64,000 nucleotides of DNA from Elainellaceae cyanobacterium (GCA_051117555.1 JBNPEG010000120.1:1-64000), one strand, 5' to 3'. Numbered from the stretch's first letter, positions 32,054-43,853 are shown. Program-made: numbers and translations. Notes: generated by a model not told the origin, from the sequence alone.

Positions 32054-33064
32054 ATGTTTGAGCAACTATTCAGTACTCCGGTCACTATTGAACCTACGAC
32101 GTCTGCCGTGCGACGACCCCGCAAAGGAGTCATCATTGGTGCTGGAAGCGTCGGCATGGCCTGCGCATATTCCATGCTGATTCAAAACACGCTGGATGAA
32201 ATGATGCTCATTGATATTGACCAGCGCAAGCTAGAGGGCGAAGTCATGGATTTACTCCACGGGCTGCCGTTTGTTTCGCCCAGCGCTGTCAAGGCAGGGT
32301 CGATTGACCGAGGTGATGCCAGTGATGCTGATTTTGTGGTGATCACAGCCGGGGCAAAACAGCGTCCAGGAGAAAGTCGCTTAGATTTGGTGCATCGCAA
32401 CGTTGAAATTTTTAAGCAGCTAATTCCGAAGGTGGCTGAGCAATGCCCAGAGTCGGTATTGCTGATCGTCAGCAACCCAGTTGATATTATGACCTACGTG
32501 TCATGGAAGCTCTCTGGGCTTCCCAGTTCTCGAATTTTTGGTTCGGGTACGGTACTAGACACGGCTCGATTTCGATATCTGCTCGCTCAACAGCTAGAGA
32601 TTGATCCCCGCAGTCTGCATGCTTATATTATCGGTGAGCATGGAGATAGCGAAGTGCCTGTGTGGAGTAAAGTCAATATTTCGGGCGTGCACCTGTGCGA
32701 TCGCGGACTCGATAATGCATCAGACTGTGATGCTGACGCCTTGGATAAAATCTTTCACCGAGTCAAGACGGCTGCCTATGATGTGATCGATCGCAAAGGA
32801 GCCACATCATACGCCATTGGCTTGGGGGTGACCCAAATTGCCCAAGCCATTCTCCGCAATCAGCACCGAGTTTTAACCGTGAGTTCGTTACTAAATGGGC
32901 AGTATGGTTTGAGCAATGTATGTCTGAGTCTGCCAGCCGTCGTGAATCGCCAAGGGATCACGCGCGTACTCAACATGCCTCTGACTCCAAGCGAAGAGGA
33001 CGGACTGCGGCAATCGGGCAAGACGCTGCAAGATATTATTAGCCAGCTTGATTTGCCAGCTTAA
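32054..33064 (+). CDS. ldh: L-lactate dehydrogenase
   Basis: [19 protein letters not shown] (Gln specificity residue), [10 protein letters not shown] and GEHGDS. Confidence 0.9.
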   Translation: MFEQLFSTPVTIEPTTSAVRRPRKGVIIGAGSVGMACAYSMLIQNTLDEMMLIDIDQRKLEGEVMDLLHGLPFVSPSAVKAGSIDRGDASDADFVVITAGAKQRPGESRLDLVHRNVEIFKQLIPKVAEQCPESVLLIVSNPVDIMTYVSWKLSGLPSSRIFGSGTVLDTARFRYLLAQQLEIDPRSLHAYIIGEHGDSEVPVWSKVNISGVHLCDRGLDNASDCDADALDKIFHRVKTAAYDVIDRKGATSYAIGLGVTQIAQAILRNQHRVLTVSSLLNGQYGLSNVCLSLPAVVNRQGITRVLNMPLTPSEEDGLRQSGKTLQDIISQLDLPA

Positions 33065-33130
33065 GTGATAAATTGAACGGGTTCAGGCACCATTCAACCT
33101 GTTTGAATCGCCTTAGAATGCAATCATGCA

Positions 33131-34279
33131 TTGCAAATCAATTCGTACCCGGTGAACATCAACGAATCGTCAACTCCCCGCGCTGGATATACGTTGCCTG
33201 TCTTTGCTTGTGCAGCGGCGATCGCAGCACTGCACAAACTCCGTGATCCATTAAAATCTATCTCATCGGTCGCTGTTGATTTGCTAAGTCCCTCCCAAAC
33301 GGTTGATATTCCAATTGAGCAGGCAGCTTGTTTAAATTCCGATACGGCCCTCGCAATTACGCGCAGCGATCCGGGTGACAACCTCGACCTCACTCGTGAC
33401 ACGCCCATCTGGGCGCACGTCGCTTGGGGACACGCAGATCAAGCACAGCCTATTGAGCTCCAGGGCGGTGAGGGAATCGGGCAAACCCAAGGGCAACCCG
33501 CGATTTATGCCTATGCCCGACGATTGATGAGTGAGAATCTGAGCCGTTGGCTGCATCCGGATGAGCGGTTGTGCGTCACGCTGATTTTGCCAGAGGGGCG
33601 ATCGCTCGCTGAACGCACCTCCAATGCGGCATTTGGCATTGTCGAAGGGCTATCTCTCTTGGGCACAACGGGCATCGCCCAACCGCTGAGCGCTCCAGGA
33701 CAGCTAACTGCCTATCGAGACGACTTGCGGCATAAAGCGGCACAACAGCCCCCCTGTCTGATGTTTTGCGTCGGCGAGAACGGACTCGAACTTGCCCGTC
33801 AGATGGGAGTTCGAGACGATCAGTTGATTAAAACCGCAAATTGGCTCGGGCCCCTGTTAGTCGAAGCCGGACTGCACCAGGTGCGAGCGATTTTGCTGTT
33901 TGGGTATCACGGTAAATTGATCAAACTGGCAGGCGGAATTTTTCACACGCATCATCATGTTGCGGATGGGCGGCTCGAAATTTTGACCGCTCACTGTGCA
34001 AATCAAGGGCTATCGTCAGGTGATCTGAATGCGATATTTTCGAGCCCAACCACTGAAGCGGCATTGAGCTATCTTCGCGAGCTTGATAAAAAAACAGAGA
34101 GTCATTGGGTCAAGCAGGTCTATGGCGCGATCGCCCAACAGATTGACACGCGATCGCAGACATATATTCACAAGCACAGCGGACAGCATGTTGCAGTCGG
34201 CTCGATCGTGTTCGATCGCGATCGCCAAATTATTCGTCAAAGCGATTTAGGTGCTACACTCCTGTCACAAGTTTGCTAA
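33131..34279 (+). CDS. cbiD: Cobalt-precorrin-5B C1-methyltransferase
   Basis: GYTLPVFACAAA, SDPGDNLDLT, GLSLLGTTG and GKLIKLAGGIFHTH; start uncertain. Confidence 0.93.
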   Translation: MQINSYPVNINESSTPRAGYTLPVFACAAAIAALHKLRDPLKSISSVAVDLLSPSQTVDIPIEQAACLNSDTALAITRSDPGDNLDLTRDTPIWAHVAWGHADQAQPIELQGGEGIGQTQGQPAIYAYARRLMSENLSRWLHPDERLCVTLILPEGRSLAERTSNAAFGIVEGLSLLGTTGIAQPLSAPGQLTAYRDDLRHKAAQQPPCLMFCVGENGLELARQMGVRDDQLIKTANWLGPLLVEAGLHQVRAILLFGYHGKLIKLAGGIFHTHHHVADGRLEILTAHCANQGLSSGDLNAIFSSPTTEAALSYLRELDKKTESHWVKQVYGAIAQQIDTRSQTYIHKHSGQHVAVGSIVFDRDRQIIRQSDLGATLLSQVC

Positions 34280-34415
34280 GCTTATCGGAATACTCGTTAA
34301 AACTTGTTATAACCAATGCACAGTTCTCCCTGTGCGGATGGAGTATTAAACCCTTTATAGAAGCTGTATTGGTTAACCTTATTGTCCACTTGCAAGATTG
34401 GTGCAGGAACTATCG

Positions 34416-36032
34416 GTGACTCTACACACAGAACAAATCGAACGACCACCACAATCTCCGATTGTGGAACGACTCGATCGCCAAATGGTGATCATTTTAG
34501 ATTTTGGATCTCAATATTCTGAGCTCATTGCCCGACGCATTCGGGAAACTCAAGTCTATTCAGAGGTATTGTCCTACCGCACAACCGTTCAACAGATTCA
34601 GCAACTCAACCCTAAGGGCGTTATTCTCTCGGGTGGTCCTAATTCCGTTTATGATGCCATCGCTCCCCATTGTGACCCCGCTATCTGGGATTTAGGAATT
34701 CCAATTCTGGGCGTATGCTATGGAATGCAGCTGATGGTGCAGCAGCTCGGCGGTGAGGTCACGCGTGCTGAACGAGGCGAATATGGAAAAGCATCTATAT
34801 CTATTGACGATCCGACTGACTTGTTTACCAATGTGGAAGACGGCACGACGATGTGGATGAGTCATGGAGACTCTGTGAATTGTCTTCCCGATGGGTTTGA
34901 GCTGTTAGCACATACCGATAATACGCCCTGTGCGGCGATCGCCAATCACGCCAAGAAACTCTATGGGGTTCAATTTCACCCAGAGGTTGTTCATTCAATC
35001 GGCGGACTGGCGCTCATTCGCAATTTTGTATACCACGTCTGCGATTGCGAACCGACTTGGACGACTGAAGCCTTTGTCGAAGAAGCGATTCGAGAAATTC
35101 GAGCCCGCGTTGGAGATAAACGAGTTTTGCTAGCCCTTTCCGGCGGGGTCGACTCATCTACACTGGCGTTTCTGCTACATCGAGCCATTGGCGATAATTT
35201 GACCTGCGTGTTTATCGATCAAGGCTTTATGAGAAAGTATGAGCCCGAGCGATTGGTGAAGCTGTTCCAAGAACAGTTCCATATTCCTGTGGAGTATGTG
35301 AATGCGCGCGATCGCTTCTTAGCTCAAATTGAAGGAGTGACCGATCCAGAAGAAAAGCGTAAACGCATTGGTCATGAGTTTATTCAAGTATTTGAGCATG
35401 AGTCAAAGCGACTGGGGCCATTTGATTACCTCGCCCAAGGAACGCTGTATCCAGATGTGATCGAATCTGCCGATACGAATGTTGATCCACAGACCGGAGA
35501 ACGGGTCGCCGTGAAGATCAAGAGCCACCATAATGTGGGGGGGTTGCCTAGAGATTTACGGTTTAAGCTGGTCGAGCCACTGCGTAAGCTTTTCAAAGAT
35601 GAAGTGCGTCGAGTAGGGCTGTCAATTGGCTTGCCCAAAGAAATCGTTCAGCGACACCCATTTCCAGGGCCAGGACTTGCGATTCGCATTTTAGGTGAAG
35701 TCACCCCCGAAAAACTCGAAATTCTTCGAGATGCGGATTATATCGTGCGGCAAGAAATCAATCGTCGAGGGCTATACAACGAATTCTGGCAGGCATTTGC
35801 CGTTCTCCTGCCGATCCGTAGTGTTGGTGTAATGGGCGACCAGCGAACCTATGCTTACCCGGTTGTCTTACGGTTCGTTTCTAGCGAAGATGGTATGACC
35901 GCTGATTGGTCGCGCGTCCCATACGATGTGTTAGAGGTGATTTCCACGCGCATCGTAAATGAAGTCCGGGGCGTTAATCGTGTGGTTTATGACATCACGT
36001 CTAAGCCTCCTGGAACGATCGAATGGGAATAG
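34416..36032 (+). CDS. guaA: GMP synthase
   Basis: [29 protein letters not shown] and [12 protein letters not shown] 34416 with SD. Confidence 0.98.
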   Translation: MTLHTEQIERPPQSPIVERLDRQMVIILDFGSQYSELIARRIRETQVYSEVLSYRTTVQQIQQLNPKGVILSGGPNSVYDAIAPHCDPAIWDLGIPILGVCYGMQLMVQQLGGEVTRAERGEYGKASISIDDPTDLFTNVEDGTTMWMSHGDSVNCLPDGFELLAHTDNTPCAAIANHAKKLYGVQFHPEVVHSIGGLALIRNFVYHVCDCEPTWTTEAFVEEAIREIRARVGDKRVLLALSGGVDSSTLAFLLHRAIGDNLTCVFIDQGFMRKYEPERLVKLFQEQFHIPVEYVNARDRFLAQIEGVTDPEEKRKRIGHEFIQVFEHESKRLGPFDYLAQGTLYPDVIESADTNVDPQTGERVAVKIKSHHNVGGLPRDLRFKLVEPLRKLFKDEVRRVGLSIGLPKEIVQRHPFPGPGLAIRILGEVTPEKLEILRDADYIVRQEINRRGLYNEFWQAFAVLLPIRSVGVMGDQRTYAYPVVLRFVSSEDGMTADWSRVPYDVLEVISTRIVNEVRGVNRVVYDITSKPPGTIEWE

Positions 36033-36164
36033 GTATTGATCGGGGCTAATAGCCACTACCTGTTCTGAACGATACAACGCCATCAGAGGAGAAAATCGAT
36101 TCGACTGATGGTTGAGCAGAGTCGGATTTGAATAGCTTAAGATATGCTAAGTTTCCAATGTCCT

Positions 36165-36255
36165 TGTGGAAAACTCCGAGGATTTGTGGAAAACCACGCC
36201 TGCTTGTGGAAAAGTACAGCCGTTCTTGTGGAAAACTACCCTTTATTGGGGAAAC
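36165..36255 (-). promoter_or_regulatory. Cluster of cyanobacterial-type DnaA boxes (TTTTCCACA)
   Basis: TGTGGAAAA at 36165, 36185, 36205 and 36227; degenerate TGGGGAAAC at 36247. Confidence 0.75.
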
Positions 36256-36592
36256 TTTGTCGCCTTTTCTCAAAGCGCGTCATTTTTTCGTGGTTAGCGC
36301 TAATTCTTGTCTTGATTAATTCGACGCATACTCAATCGCATGTTTCCATTGGCTCCGAGGACGGTGTGTAGCAAAGTTGACGTTAATTCGTTCAATCCAG
36401 ACTGCACAAAGTAACTTACGTTTTTATGACGATTGAGAACCTGTCAATATGTGCTGTACCGCAGACTACACAATCCATAGGCATTGATGACACCTGATCC
36501 GCGTGGCTAAGGAGATTTTGGAGTCTTATCACAGTCCTATAGGATAAAAGAGCGAGTTTAGGCGCGAGTTGTCAGTTTTCAAGGAAACACCC

Positions 36593-37555
36593 ATGCCAAA
36601 CGAGCGATCGCTATTAAAACCTGGACACCTTTGGGGTCGGATTCAAGAACAAACCGCCCATGCCTTAGAATGTGGTTCGCTTCAGTCTATTCCCACCCGT
36701 TACGAGTTTATTGAGCATCACGGCATTCGATTTTTAGTGAGAGTGCTGGCAAACTTAGTGAGAAAAGATCAGGCGAAACAGAAACAAGACAGGGCAGCGA
36801 AAACGACCGGTCAAGTCTTTAATCCATTTTTGCCCTATGAAAAGGATTTATATGTCGGCGATCTGTCAGATACCCATGTGTGCTTGCTCAATAAATATAA
36901 TGTCGTCGATCATCATTTACTCATTGTGACGCGAGCCTTTGAGCAACAGGATAATTGGCTGAATATGCAAGATTTTGAGGCATTATGGGCCTGCATGGCT
37001 GAAATTGACGGATTGGCATTCTACAACGGTGGCAAAATTGCAGGCGCTAGCCAACGCCACAAACACCTTCAGCTTGTGCCAATGCCCTTATCTCCTGACG
37101 GATCAGGGATTCCGATTGAGACTGCTGTTCATGAAACAATGAGGGACGAATCATCAACGGTTTCGACTGTTGGGGTGATCAAGACCCTCTCCAATTTTCC
37201 GTTTGTCCATGCTGTAACCTCGCTCGATCCGGATTGGTCACGGTCCCCCTCGTCGTCGGTGGATGCAGCGAGAGGGATGTTTGAATGCTATCGCAACCTG
37301 CTCGACGCGATTGGTTTGACATTAGACGCCACTAATCCCCATCAGCAGTCTGGAGCATATAACTTGCTCGCCACGCGTGACTGGATGCTCATCGTGCCGC
37401 GATCGCAAGAGAGTTTTGAATCAATTTCAGTAAATTCTCTCGGCTTTGCAGGTTCTCTGTTTGTTCGAGATGATGTGCAAAAGGAACGTCTCAAGACATA
37501 TGGTCCAATGACGGTCTTACACGAGGTCGGGATTTCGAGAGACAAATTGCCCTAA
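36593..37555 (+). CDS. ATP adenylyltransferase / Ap4A phosphorylase
   Basis: NPFLPYE, LLNKY, GASQRHKHLQ (HxHxQ) and VNSLGFAG. Confidence 0.88.
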   Translation: MPNERSLLKPGHLWGRIQEQTAHALECGSLQSIPTRYEFIEHHGIRFLVRVLANLVRKDQAKQKQDRAAKTTGQVFNPFLPYEKDLYVGDLSDTHVCLLNKYNVVDHHLLIVTRAFEQQDNWLNMQDFEALWACMAEIDGLAFYNGGKIAGASQRHKHLQLVPMPLSPDGSGIPIETAVHETMRDESSTVSTVGVIKTLSNFPFVHAVTSLDPDWSRSPSSSVDAARGMFECYRNLLDAIGLTLDATNPHQQSGAYNLLATRDWMLIVPRSQESFESISVNSLGFAGSLFVRDDVQKERLKTYGPMTVLHEVGISRDKLP

Positions 37556-37590
37556 CAGATTGCTATAGGCGATGGATGTTTTATAGACAT

Positions 37591-38595
37591 TCACGACTCA
37601 TCGGGAAACTCAAATTCTGCGATAACTGGGGCGTGATCAGATTCAGGAAATTTGACATCAGACGCAAAGGCAATCGACTCATCGGGCAGCAGTTCATTGT
37701 GAATTTCTGCTCCTCGATAATATGCCAGCAGCGATCGAGAAATGAGCAAATGGTCAATCATCGTTCCCTGCCCGTGGTGAAACAAAGTATATCGTGAGGA
37801 TTCGGGAATCGTTTGCTCACAAGGCACTAACACCCGTCGTGCAAGGGCTCCATTTCCGGTGTTTTCGACCCTGCCACAGATTGCTTCCACAGGTACTTCG
37901 TCTGAGTTTGCGTTGAAGTCTCCACATACTGCGATCAGCGCCTGTTCATCATCGTCGAACAAATGGTCAATTAATATTCGGGTTTCCAATGCTTGCCCTA
38001 CTCGCTTCATAGATGAGATGAAAAATCCCTCAGCCCATCCTGATGCAGATTTCCAAGTGTAAGCGTTGAGTTGCTGTCCGGCAATCGAGGTTGGTATTTT
38101 TGACTTGAGGTGCAAATTAATCACATCTAAAATGCGATCGCCCGGAAGCTGAATCCGAGCATGAAAGATGGGACGTTCCCATTTAATGCTCTTGGCTTTA
38201 ATGGCGTCTCCCGATTCCGGAATGGCAGTGACCGATCGATACGAGGGGGCATTGGCAAATTCATGGAAATATTGGTCGTGGGAAAGGACCTCAAATCGAC
38301 TGAGTATCACTAGATTTCGTTTGTCATAGACCTGAAGCCCTTGCTGCGTCATCGTTGAAACCCGATGATAGTCTGCGTATGGCGTGCCTTTAAGCAGGGT
38401 TGTTAATGCTGATAGACGACGGGGTTTTCCGAGTTCTTCTTGCCCATGGACTTCTTGTAAACATAAAATATCTGCATTCATTCGCAGCAGTTGAGGACGC
38501 ATAACCGCGATTCGCTCCTCTAGAGACGGTTTGTCAGTCGGGCGGTCGTCTAGGTTTTCGAGATTGAAAGTTCCGATACGAAGTTTAGTCGTCAT
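37591..38595 (-). CDS. Endonuclease/exonuclease/phosphatase family protein
   Basis: TFNLENL, DILCLQE, HLKS, GDFN, IDH and SDHAP. Confidence 0.88.
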   Translation of the reverse strand: MTTKLRIGTFNLENLDDRPTDKPSLEERIAVMRPQLLRMNADILCLQEVHGQEELGKPRRLSALTTLLKGTPYADYHRVSTMTQQGLQVYDKRNLVILSRFEVLSHDQYFHEFANAPSYRSVTAIPESGDAIKAKSIKWERPIFHARIQLPGDRILDVINLHLKSKIPTSIAGQQLNAYTWKSASGWAEGFFISSMKRVGQALETRILIDHLFDDDEQALIAVCGDFNANSDEVPVEAICGRVENTGNGALARRVLVPCEQTIPESSRYTLFHHGQGTMIDHLLISRSLLAYYRGAEIHNELLPDESIAFASDVKFPESDHAPVIAEFEFPDES

Positions 38596-39058
38596 TCATA
38601 TCCCCTACGCATTCAAGGTGGTAGTAAAGCCAGCTTGAGGATGACGCATTCTGGAATTTGATGCATGCTTACTCATCCGCTGCCTGTCATCCTCTATCTG
38701 ACTTATCCAATCACCCTTAGTATCAAAGGAAAGGGGACTCTCGACAGTCCCCCCTGTGGGTACTTTGTTGTTACCTAGGCAGCTTGTAGGCAGAATCAAA
38801 TGTAGGGTAAAGTCTTTTGGCATGGTTGCGCTAGAGAGATAGCGTAACCTATGCGGGCGTTGAGTTTCCCTTCAGAAAGCAAGCTACGCACCTCGACCGA
38901 ACTACACCAATCTTATATTTGATTAGTCTCATTGATTAGTCTCATCTATTGATCAGTATCCTCCTTGTATCGATTTGGAGGATGCTTTATTCAGAGGATG
39001 CTTTATAGCGTCGCAGGTGCCATTTCGGGAGCAGGGAGGCAGAATGGAGATTGGCAAT

Positions 39059-39268
39059 TCAACTCAAGCGCCGATCGACCCAGCGTTTTGCATTTCGAAT
39101 GGCTTCCTTACGGCTAAGGGCACAGGGTTCAGCCATTGCGTAGCCCATATCATAATCTACCCAAGCTGCATAAATAGGTTGACCCTCAAAGTCGCTCTGA
39201 TCAACTTGAATCGTAAAGCCTCGATAGCTAAATGAAAGAATGATGTGGGGATAGTCAGGATTCCACAT
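39059..39268 (-). CDS. Small hypothetical protein
   Basis: 69-aa ORF with protein-like composition and no competing gene. Confidence 0.6.
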   Translation of the reverse strand: MWNPDYPHIILSFSYRGFTIQVDQSDFEGQPIYAAWVDYDMGYAMAEPCALSRKEAIRNAKRWVDRRLS

Positions 39269-39543
39269 TGCAGTTTTAATAGGTGCGATCGCTTACTTGT
39301 ATAGTAAGCCAAATATAGTAAGCCAAAACTTTCTGTCTCTTTGTGTATGAATTGAACCAGCTTTACTAAAAAAGTTACGTAAAAAAGTAAAAATTGCTGG
39401 GAGGATAGCTTAAAAGTCCTAATCTTTGTCGCGATTTAATCACCCGACTCTTTTTTTGGAGTCTAGGTTAGGGACATCGCTTAAAACCATGCCCCTATAA
39501 ACATCTAATCGCACATTAATCGCACATTACGTCGCATCTGCTA

Positions 39544-39627
39544 TAGCGCTCCTAAATCGCTTGTGAATTGTGTGTGAGCGGTGGGGCGTGCGGCGCCCCA
39601 CCGCTCACACCTCATCTGGAATTGCTA
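39544..39627 (+). mobile_element. TA-duplicating MITE, family A, copy 2 (84 bp), inserted in the sodB 3' end
   Basis: C-TA|TAGCGCTCC...GGAATTGCTA|TA-G; CTAG target. Confidence 0.85.
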
Positions 39628-40215
39628 TAGATTTTGAGCAACGAAATCCCAATTCACGAGACTGTTTAGAAAGGTGTCTGCGTAACTAGCACGCCCGTTT
39701 TGATAGTCCAGATAGTAGGCATGTTCCCAAACGTCCATGGTGAGCAACGGTGTCTGACCATGAACCATCGGATTTTCGGCATTTAGAGTATTGACTACTT
39801 TTAATGTGCCATTATCTGACACTAGCCAGGCATATCCACTACCAAATTGCCCAGTAGCTGCTGCTTTGAATGCATCTTTAAACTGATCTAATCCACCTAA
39901 ATCAGAATTAATTTTGTCAGCTAATTCGCCAGATGGCATTCCACCCCCACCAGGCTTCATGCAGTTCCAATAAAAGGAATGGTTCCATGCTTGAGCAGCA
40001 TTATTATGCAATTTAGACATTTGAGGGTCATTAAACGCTGCCTTGATTACCTCTTCAATGGGCTTATCTGCCATACCCGCATCTCCAATCAGGGAGTTGT
40101 AGGTATTGACATATTTGGCATGATGCTTGTCGTGATGAAATTCAAGAGTGCGCTTTGAAATATGAGGCTCTAAGGCCGTGTAGTCGTAGGGTAGAGGGGG
40201 CAATTCATATGCCAT
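39625..40215 (-). CDS. sodB: Fe superoxide dismutase
   Basis: HHDKHH, NNAAQAWNH (Fe-type) and DVWEHAYY. Confidence 0.95.
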   Translation of the reverse strand: MAYELPPLPYDYTALEPHISKRTLEFHHDKHHAKYVNTYNSLIGDAGMADKPIEEVIKAAFNDPQMSKLHNNAAQAWNHSFYWNCMKPGGGGMPSGELADKINSDLGGLDQFKDAFKAAATGQFGSGYAWLVSDNGTLKVVNTLNAENPMVHGQTPLLTMDVWEHAYYLDYQNGRASYADTFLNSLVNWDFVAQNL

Positions 40216-40501
40216 GTTTTCAGTCCTCTCAAATTTAAGATAATGGATCGGTCGCTCTCGTCCAATGACGATGCGATATAGCGTCGCCCTAGTTTTTGAT
40301 AGAAAAATCTATCGAAAGACAACTATGCTTCGATAATAGGAGATTAAACTTAGAAACTCTATATCCCACGGAGGGAGGGAGTGTTTCACCCTCTAGCTAG
40401 AAGACAGAAGCTAAAAGGCGGAGGGCGGAAGGCGGAGGGCGAAGTAGAGTGCTGTTAGCGCCAGCGTAATACCAATTCTTCAGCCTGGATAGTCTCAAAA
40501 A

Positions 40502-41929
40502 CTAAGAGTCAGCATTAGAATCTTTCTGCTCAAGAATTGATTTGGCTCGATTTAGCGCGTATCTCACCTGGTCAAATCCGGTGCCGCCATAGCTATTACG
40601 AGCCGCAACGACTGTTTTGGGGGCGATCGCCTCGTAGATATCGGCTTCAAAGGCAGGATGAAGCGCTTTCCACTCCTCTAACGCCATATCTTTCAATAGC
40701 TTGCCTGCGGCGAGCGAGGTTTTTACAACTTTGCCCACCAAATTATAAGCTTCTCGAAACGGAACTCCCTTTGCTGCGAGATAATCCGCCACGTCCGTTG
40801 CGTTTGAAAAATCTTCGGCAACTGCTTCATTGAGACGCTGGGTGCGAAACTCTAAGCCTTCATCCAACAGAATAGTCATGGCTTCTAGACATGCCTGCAC
40901 CGTTTTGACCGCATCAAAGAGAGCTTCCTTGTCTTCTTGCAGATCTTTGTTATACGCCAATGGCAACCCCTTCATGAGCACCAGCATCCCTTGAAGATGC
41001 CCAAATACTCGTCCTGCTTTACCGCGCACCAGTTCAGGAACGTCTGGATTCTTTTTTTGGGGCATGATGCTCGATCCGGTTGAGCAACTGTCGTTGAGGG
41101 TGACAAACCCAAACTCTTCTGATGCCCACAAAATGACTTCCTCAGATAGGCGAGACAGATGCACCATAATAATGCTGGCTGCGCTCAAAAACTCAATCGC
41201 GAAGTCGCGATCGCTCACTCCATCAAGGCTGTTTGCATACACACTATCAAACTGCAAGAGCTGAGCGGTGTAGTGGCGATCGATGGGAAACGTAGTTCCA
41301 GCTAAGGCTCCACACCCTAACGGGGAAATATTGACTCGATGATAGATTTCACTCAACCGTTCCCAATCGCGCTGTGCCATTTCAAAGTAGGCGAGCAGAT
41401 GGTGGGCTAGGCTGAGGGGCTGGGCGCGTTGCAGGTGGGTATAGCCTGGAATCAATGTTTCGACATGCTGCTCTGCGCGGCGAATCAATCCCTGCTGGAA
41501 GCGGCGAATCAGAGATTGGACATGCACAATCTGGTGCCGCAAATAGAGCCGTGTATCAGTCCCAACCTGATCATTACGCGATCGCCCCGTGTGGAGCTTT
41601 TTCCCAGTATCTCCAATCAGTTCGGTGAGACGACGCTCAACCGCAAAGTGAATATCTTCTGCCTCAACTCCTGGACTAAACTGCCCCTGGCGATATTCTT
41701 GGCGAACTTGCTCAAGCCCGTCGATAAGCTGCTCTCCCTCAGCCGGAGAAATAATGCCAGTCTGTGCCAGCATTTTGGCATGGGCTTGCGAACCTGTGAT
41801 GTCATATTCGATAAGTTCGATATCAAACCCAATACTGGCATTAAACTGGGCGATCGCCGGATGCAAGGCTGATTCAAATCGCTGACTCCAAGTTTGGTTT
41901 TGAGGCTGATCGTTACCCAAATTGTTCAC
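40502..41929 (-). CDS. argH: Argininosuccinate lyase
   Basis: [20 protein letters not shown] and [12 protein letters not shown]. Confidence 0.97.
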   Translation of the reverse strand: MNNLGNDQPQNQTWSQRFESALHPAIAQFNASIGFDIELIEYDITGSQAHAKMLAQTGIISPAEGEQLIDGLEQVRQEYRQGQFSPGVEAEDIHFAVERRLTELIGDTGKKLHTGRSRNDQVGTDTRLYLRHQIVHVQSLIRRFQQGLIRRAEQHVETLIPGYTHLQRAQPLSLAHHLLAYFEMAQRDWERLSEIYHRVNISPLGCGALAGTTFPIDRHYTAQLLQFDSVYANSLDGVSDRDFAIEFLSAASIIMVHLSRLSEEVILWASEEFGFVTLNDSCSTGSSIMPQKKNPDVPELVRGKAGRVFGHLQGMLVLMKGLPLAYNKDLQEDKEALFDAVKTVQACLEAMTILLDEGLEFRTQRLNEAVAEDFSNATDVADYLAAKGVPFREAYNLVGKVVKTSLAAGKLLKDMALEEWKALHPAFEADIYEAIAPKTVVAARNSYGGTGFDQVRYALNRAKSILEQKDSNADS

Positions 41930-41971
41930 GGTATTTCTGTAAAGTTTCTACCCATACATGCTGCGAGGCCA

Positions 41972-42220
41972 TCAGCCATAGCTTGTCAGACCTTTAATCA
42001 TATAGCCTAAGATAAATCCGATAATCAACGCCCATACCTGACCTGACTCGACAAAGTTAGTTAGGAAGTTACGAAAATCAGCAAACACATCCGTCTCAAA
42101 CTGCTGAGCCAGAACACTCCAGTCAGACGGAGCGATCGGCAAATCAGACCAGACTAAATGCCCAAAGAGGGAGATAGATCCCCCACTAGCCAAATCTTGA
42201 GCGATATGGACGAGTAACAT
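41972..42220 (-). CDS. Small membrane protein
   Basis: C-terminal NFVESGQVWALIIGFILGY TM segment; same strand as its neighbours. Confidence 0.7.
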   Translation of the reverse strand: MLLVHIAQDLASGGSISLFGHLVWSDLPIAPSDWSVLAQQFETDVFADFRNFLTNFVESGQVWALIIGFILGYMIKGLTSYG

Positions 42221-42425
42221 TGGGTGACCTCACACAAACGACGCGGATAGTTAGTAAACGTTTAATCGACCCTAGTTTCCCATACTTGAAGCATTCTGCT
42301 ACTCGATTACCAAGAATTTTTCGGAGATTTATGCAACATTAGGGGCAAGGAGTACCTAATGCAGATTGCGCGATTACCGATGGGTGATTTGTTTGAGAGA
42401 TATCGTGGGCGATCGCTGTCGACCG

Positions 42426-43853
42426 TTATCCTGCGTTTGACGATACTTGCATCACAATCAGCGTCATGTCGTCTTGATTGTGGCGGCTCTGCCCAATAAA
42501 TTGCTGCACCGAATCAAATAAATGGTTCAAAATCGCGTCTGGATGATAACCCGCACGACACGCCCATTGAAATGCCTGCATCAGCTTGTCTTCATCGTAG
42601 CGATCGCCCTTCGGACTCGCCGCATCGGTAAAACCATCCGTATAGTAAATAATCGTATCTCCAGGCTGAAGCCTGATCTGCGCTTCCTGATACTGAGTGT
42701 CCATATCGAGGCCAATTAGCATTCCCATCGTATCTAACCGCGTCAAGGTGCCGGTTTCAGCTTGCCACATCAGCGGTGGATTATGCGCTGCATTGCTATA
42801 CGACAAGACCCGCGTGATTGGATCATATTCTGAATAAAAAAGCGTCACAAAGCGGTTTGAATTTTCTAAATCTCCATACATGACCTGATTCAAATGCTGA
42901 AGAATGCGCGCAGGAGAATGACGGTTTAAAACTTCCGCCCGTAGCATTCCTCTGAGCATGGTCATAATCAGCCCGGCTGGAACCCCCTTACCCATAACAT
43001 CCCCAATTGCAACGCTCCAGCGTCCCGATTTGTGGCGTTGCGCTGTTCGAAACCGGATCTGGTCATAATTTGCTGGAATAAAGTCGTAGTAGTCTCCGCC
43101 GACTCGGTTTGCCGTTTGACAGCGAGCCGCAACGTCAACACCTTGAATATCAGGGCAGTGGCGCGGCAAGAGTTGAACCTGAATCTCAGCACCAATCTCT
43201 AACTCGCGATCGAGGCGTTCCTTTTTGCGGAGTTCAACATTGAGTTCATCATTCTCAATGGCAACGGCAGTCTGATCGGCAACCAAACGGACGAGCTTTT
43301 GACGGGTTTCGGTCCAGGCGTATTGAGGATCTCGACTAAAGACATACAGTCGACCTCGTTCGGTATTCCGTACTAAAATGGCTGTCCCAAATAGATGAAT
43401 ATCCGAACCTAACAACTGCCCAACCCGGTCATCCAGTTCAGCCATGAGGTTTGAGAAGGCAGGCCCTAAGTCGGACGCAGTGGCATTGGGGTCTGCAATC
43501 TGTCGCGTCGCCGTCTCTAATGCCTTACGAATGTCTTGGCAATGGTTGCTTCCCTGGCAATGTAATCGCTCTAGCCGCATTTGCCCGTTTGGCTTAAACA
43601 GAACTAAAGCGCCGCCATCTGCATCTGTGACTCGGCTTGCAATCAGTGGGGTTAGCTCTAAAAACTGATTGAGATTATTAAAGCTCCGCAATGCAAAGCT
43701 CAAAGAACTGAGCAAATCTTGAACCTTATTTTGCTCCCGATGAAGCCGAGATACTAATTCCTTAAGTGCATAGACAGGAGGCATCTCTGGTGAAGAGCCG
43801 TCGCCAGAATTAGGGGATTGAGATGGCTGTCGTGGAATTGGAGTCGCTGTCAT
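42426..43853 (-). CDS. PP2C/SpoIIE (RsbU-like) Ser/Thr phosphatase with GAF-like N-terminus
   Basis: VGGDYYD, GDVMGKGVPAGL, NAAHNPP, YTDG and DDMT. Confidence 0.92.
   Translation of the reverse strand: MTATPIPRQPSQSPNSGDGSSPEMPPVYALKELVSRLHREQNKVQDLLSSLSFALRSFNNLNQFLELTPLIASRVTDADGGALVLFKPNGQMRLERLHCQGSNHCQDIRKALETATRQIADPNATASDLGPAFSNLMAELDDRVGQLLGSDIHLFGTAILVRNTERGRLYVFSRDPQYAWTETRQKLVRLVADQTAVAIENDELNVELRKKERLDRELEIGAEIQVQLLPRHCPDIQGVDVAARCQTANRVGGDYYDFIPANYDQIRFRTAQRHKSGRWSVAIGDVMGKGVPAGLIMTMLRGMLRAEVLNRHSPARILQHLNQVMYGDLENSNRFVTLFYSEYDPITRVLSYSNAAHNPPLMWQAETGTLTRLDTMGMLIGLDMDTQYQEAQIRLQPGDTIIYYTDGFTDAASPKGDRYDEDKLMQAFQWACRAGYHPDAILNHLFDSVQQFIGQSRHNQDDMTLIVMQVSSNAG

Noticed and set aside
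33064..33131. Cobalamin riboswitch upstream of cbiD
   Set aside because: The spacer is too short and holds only a simple hairpin; no B12-box seen
36046..36371. Short ORFs 36046-36273, 36128-36319 and 36144-36371
   Set aside because: They overlap each other, and their periodic residues come from translating the DnaA boxes
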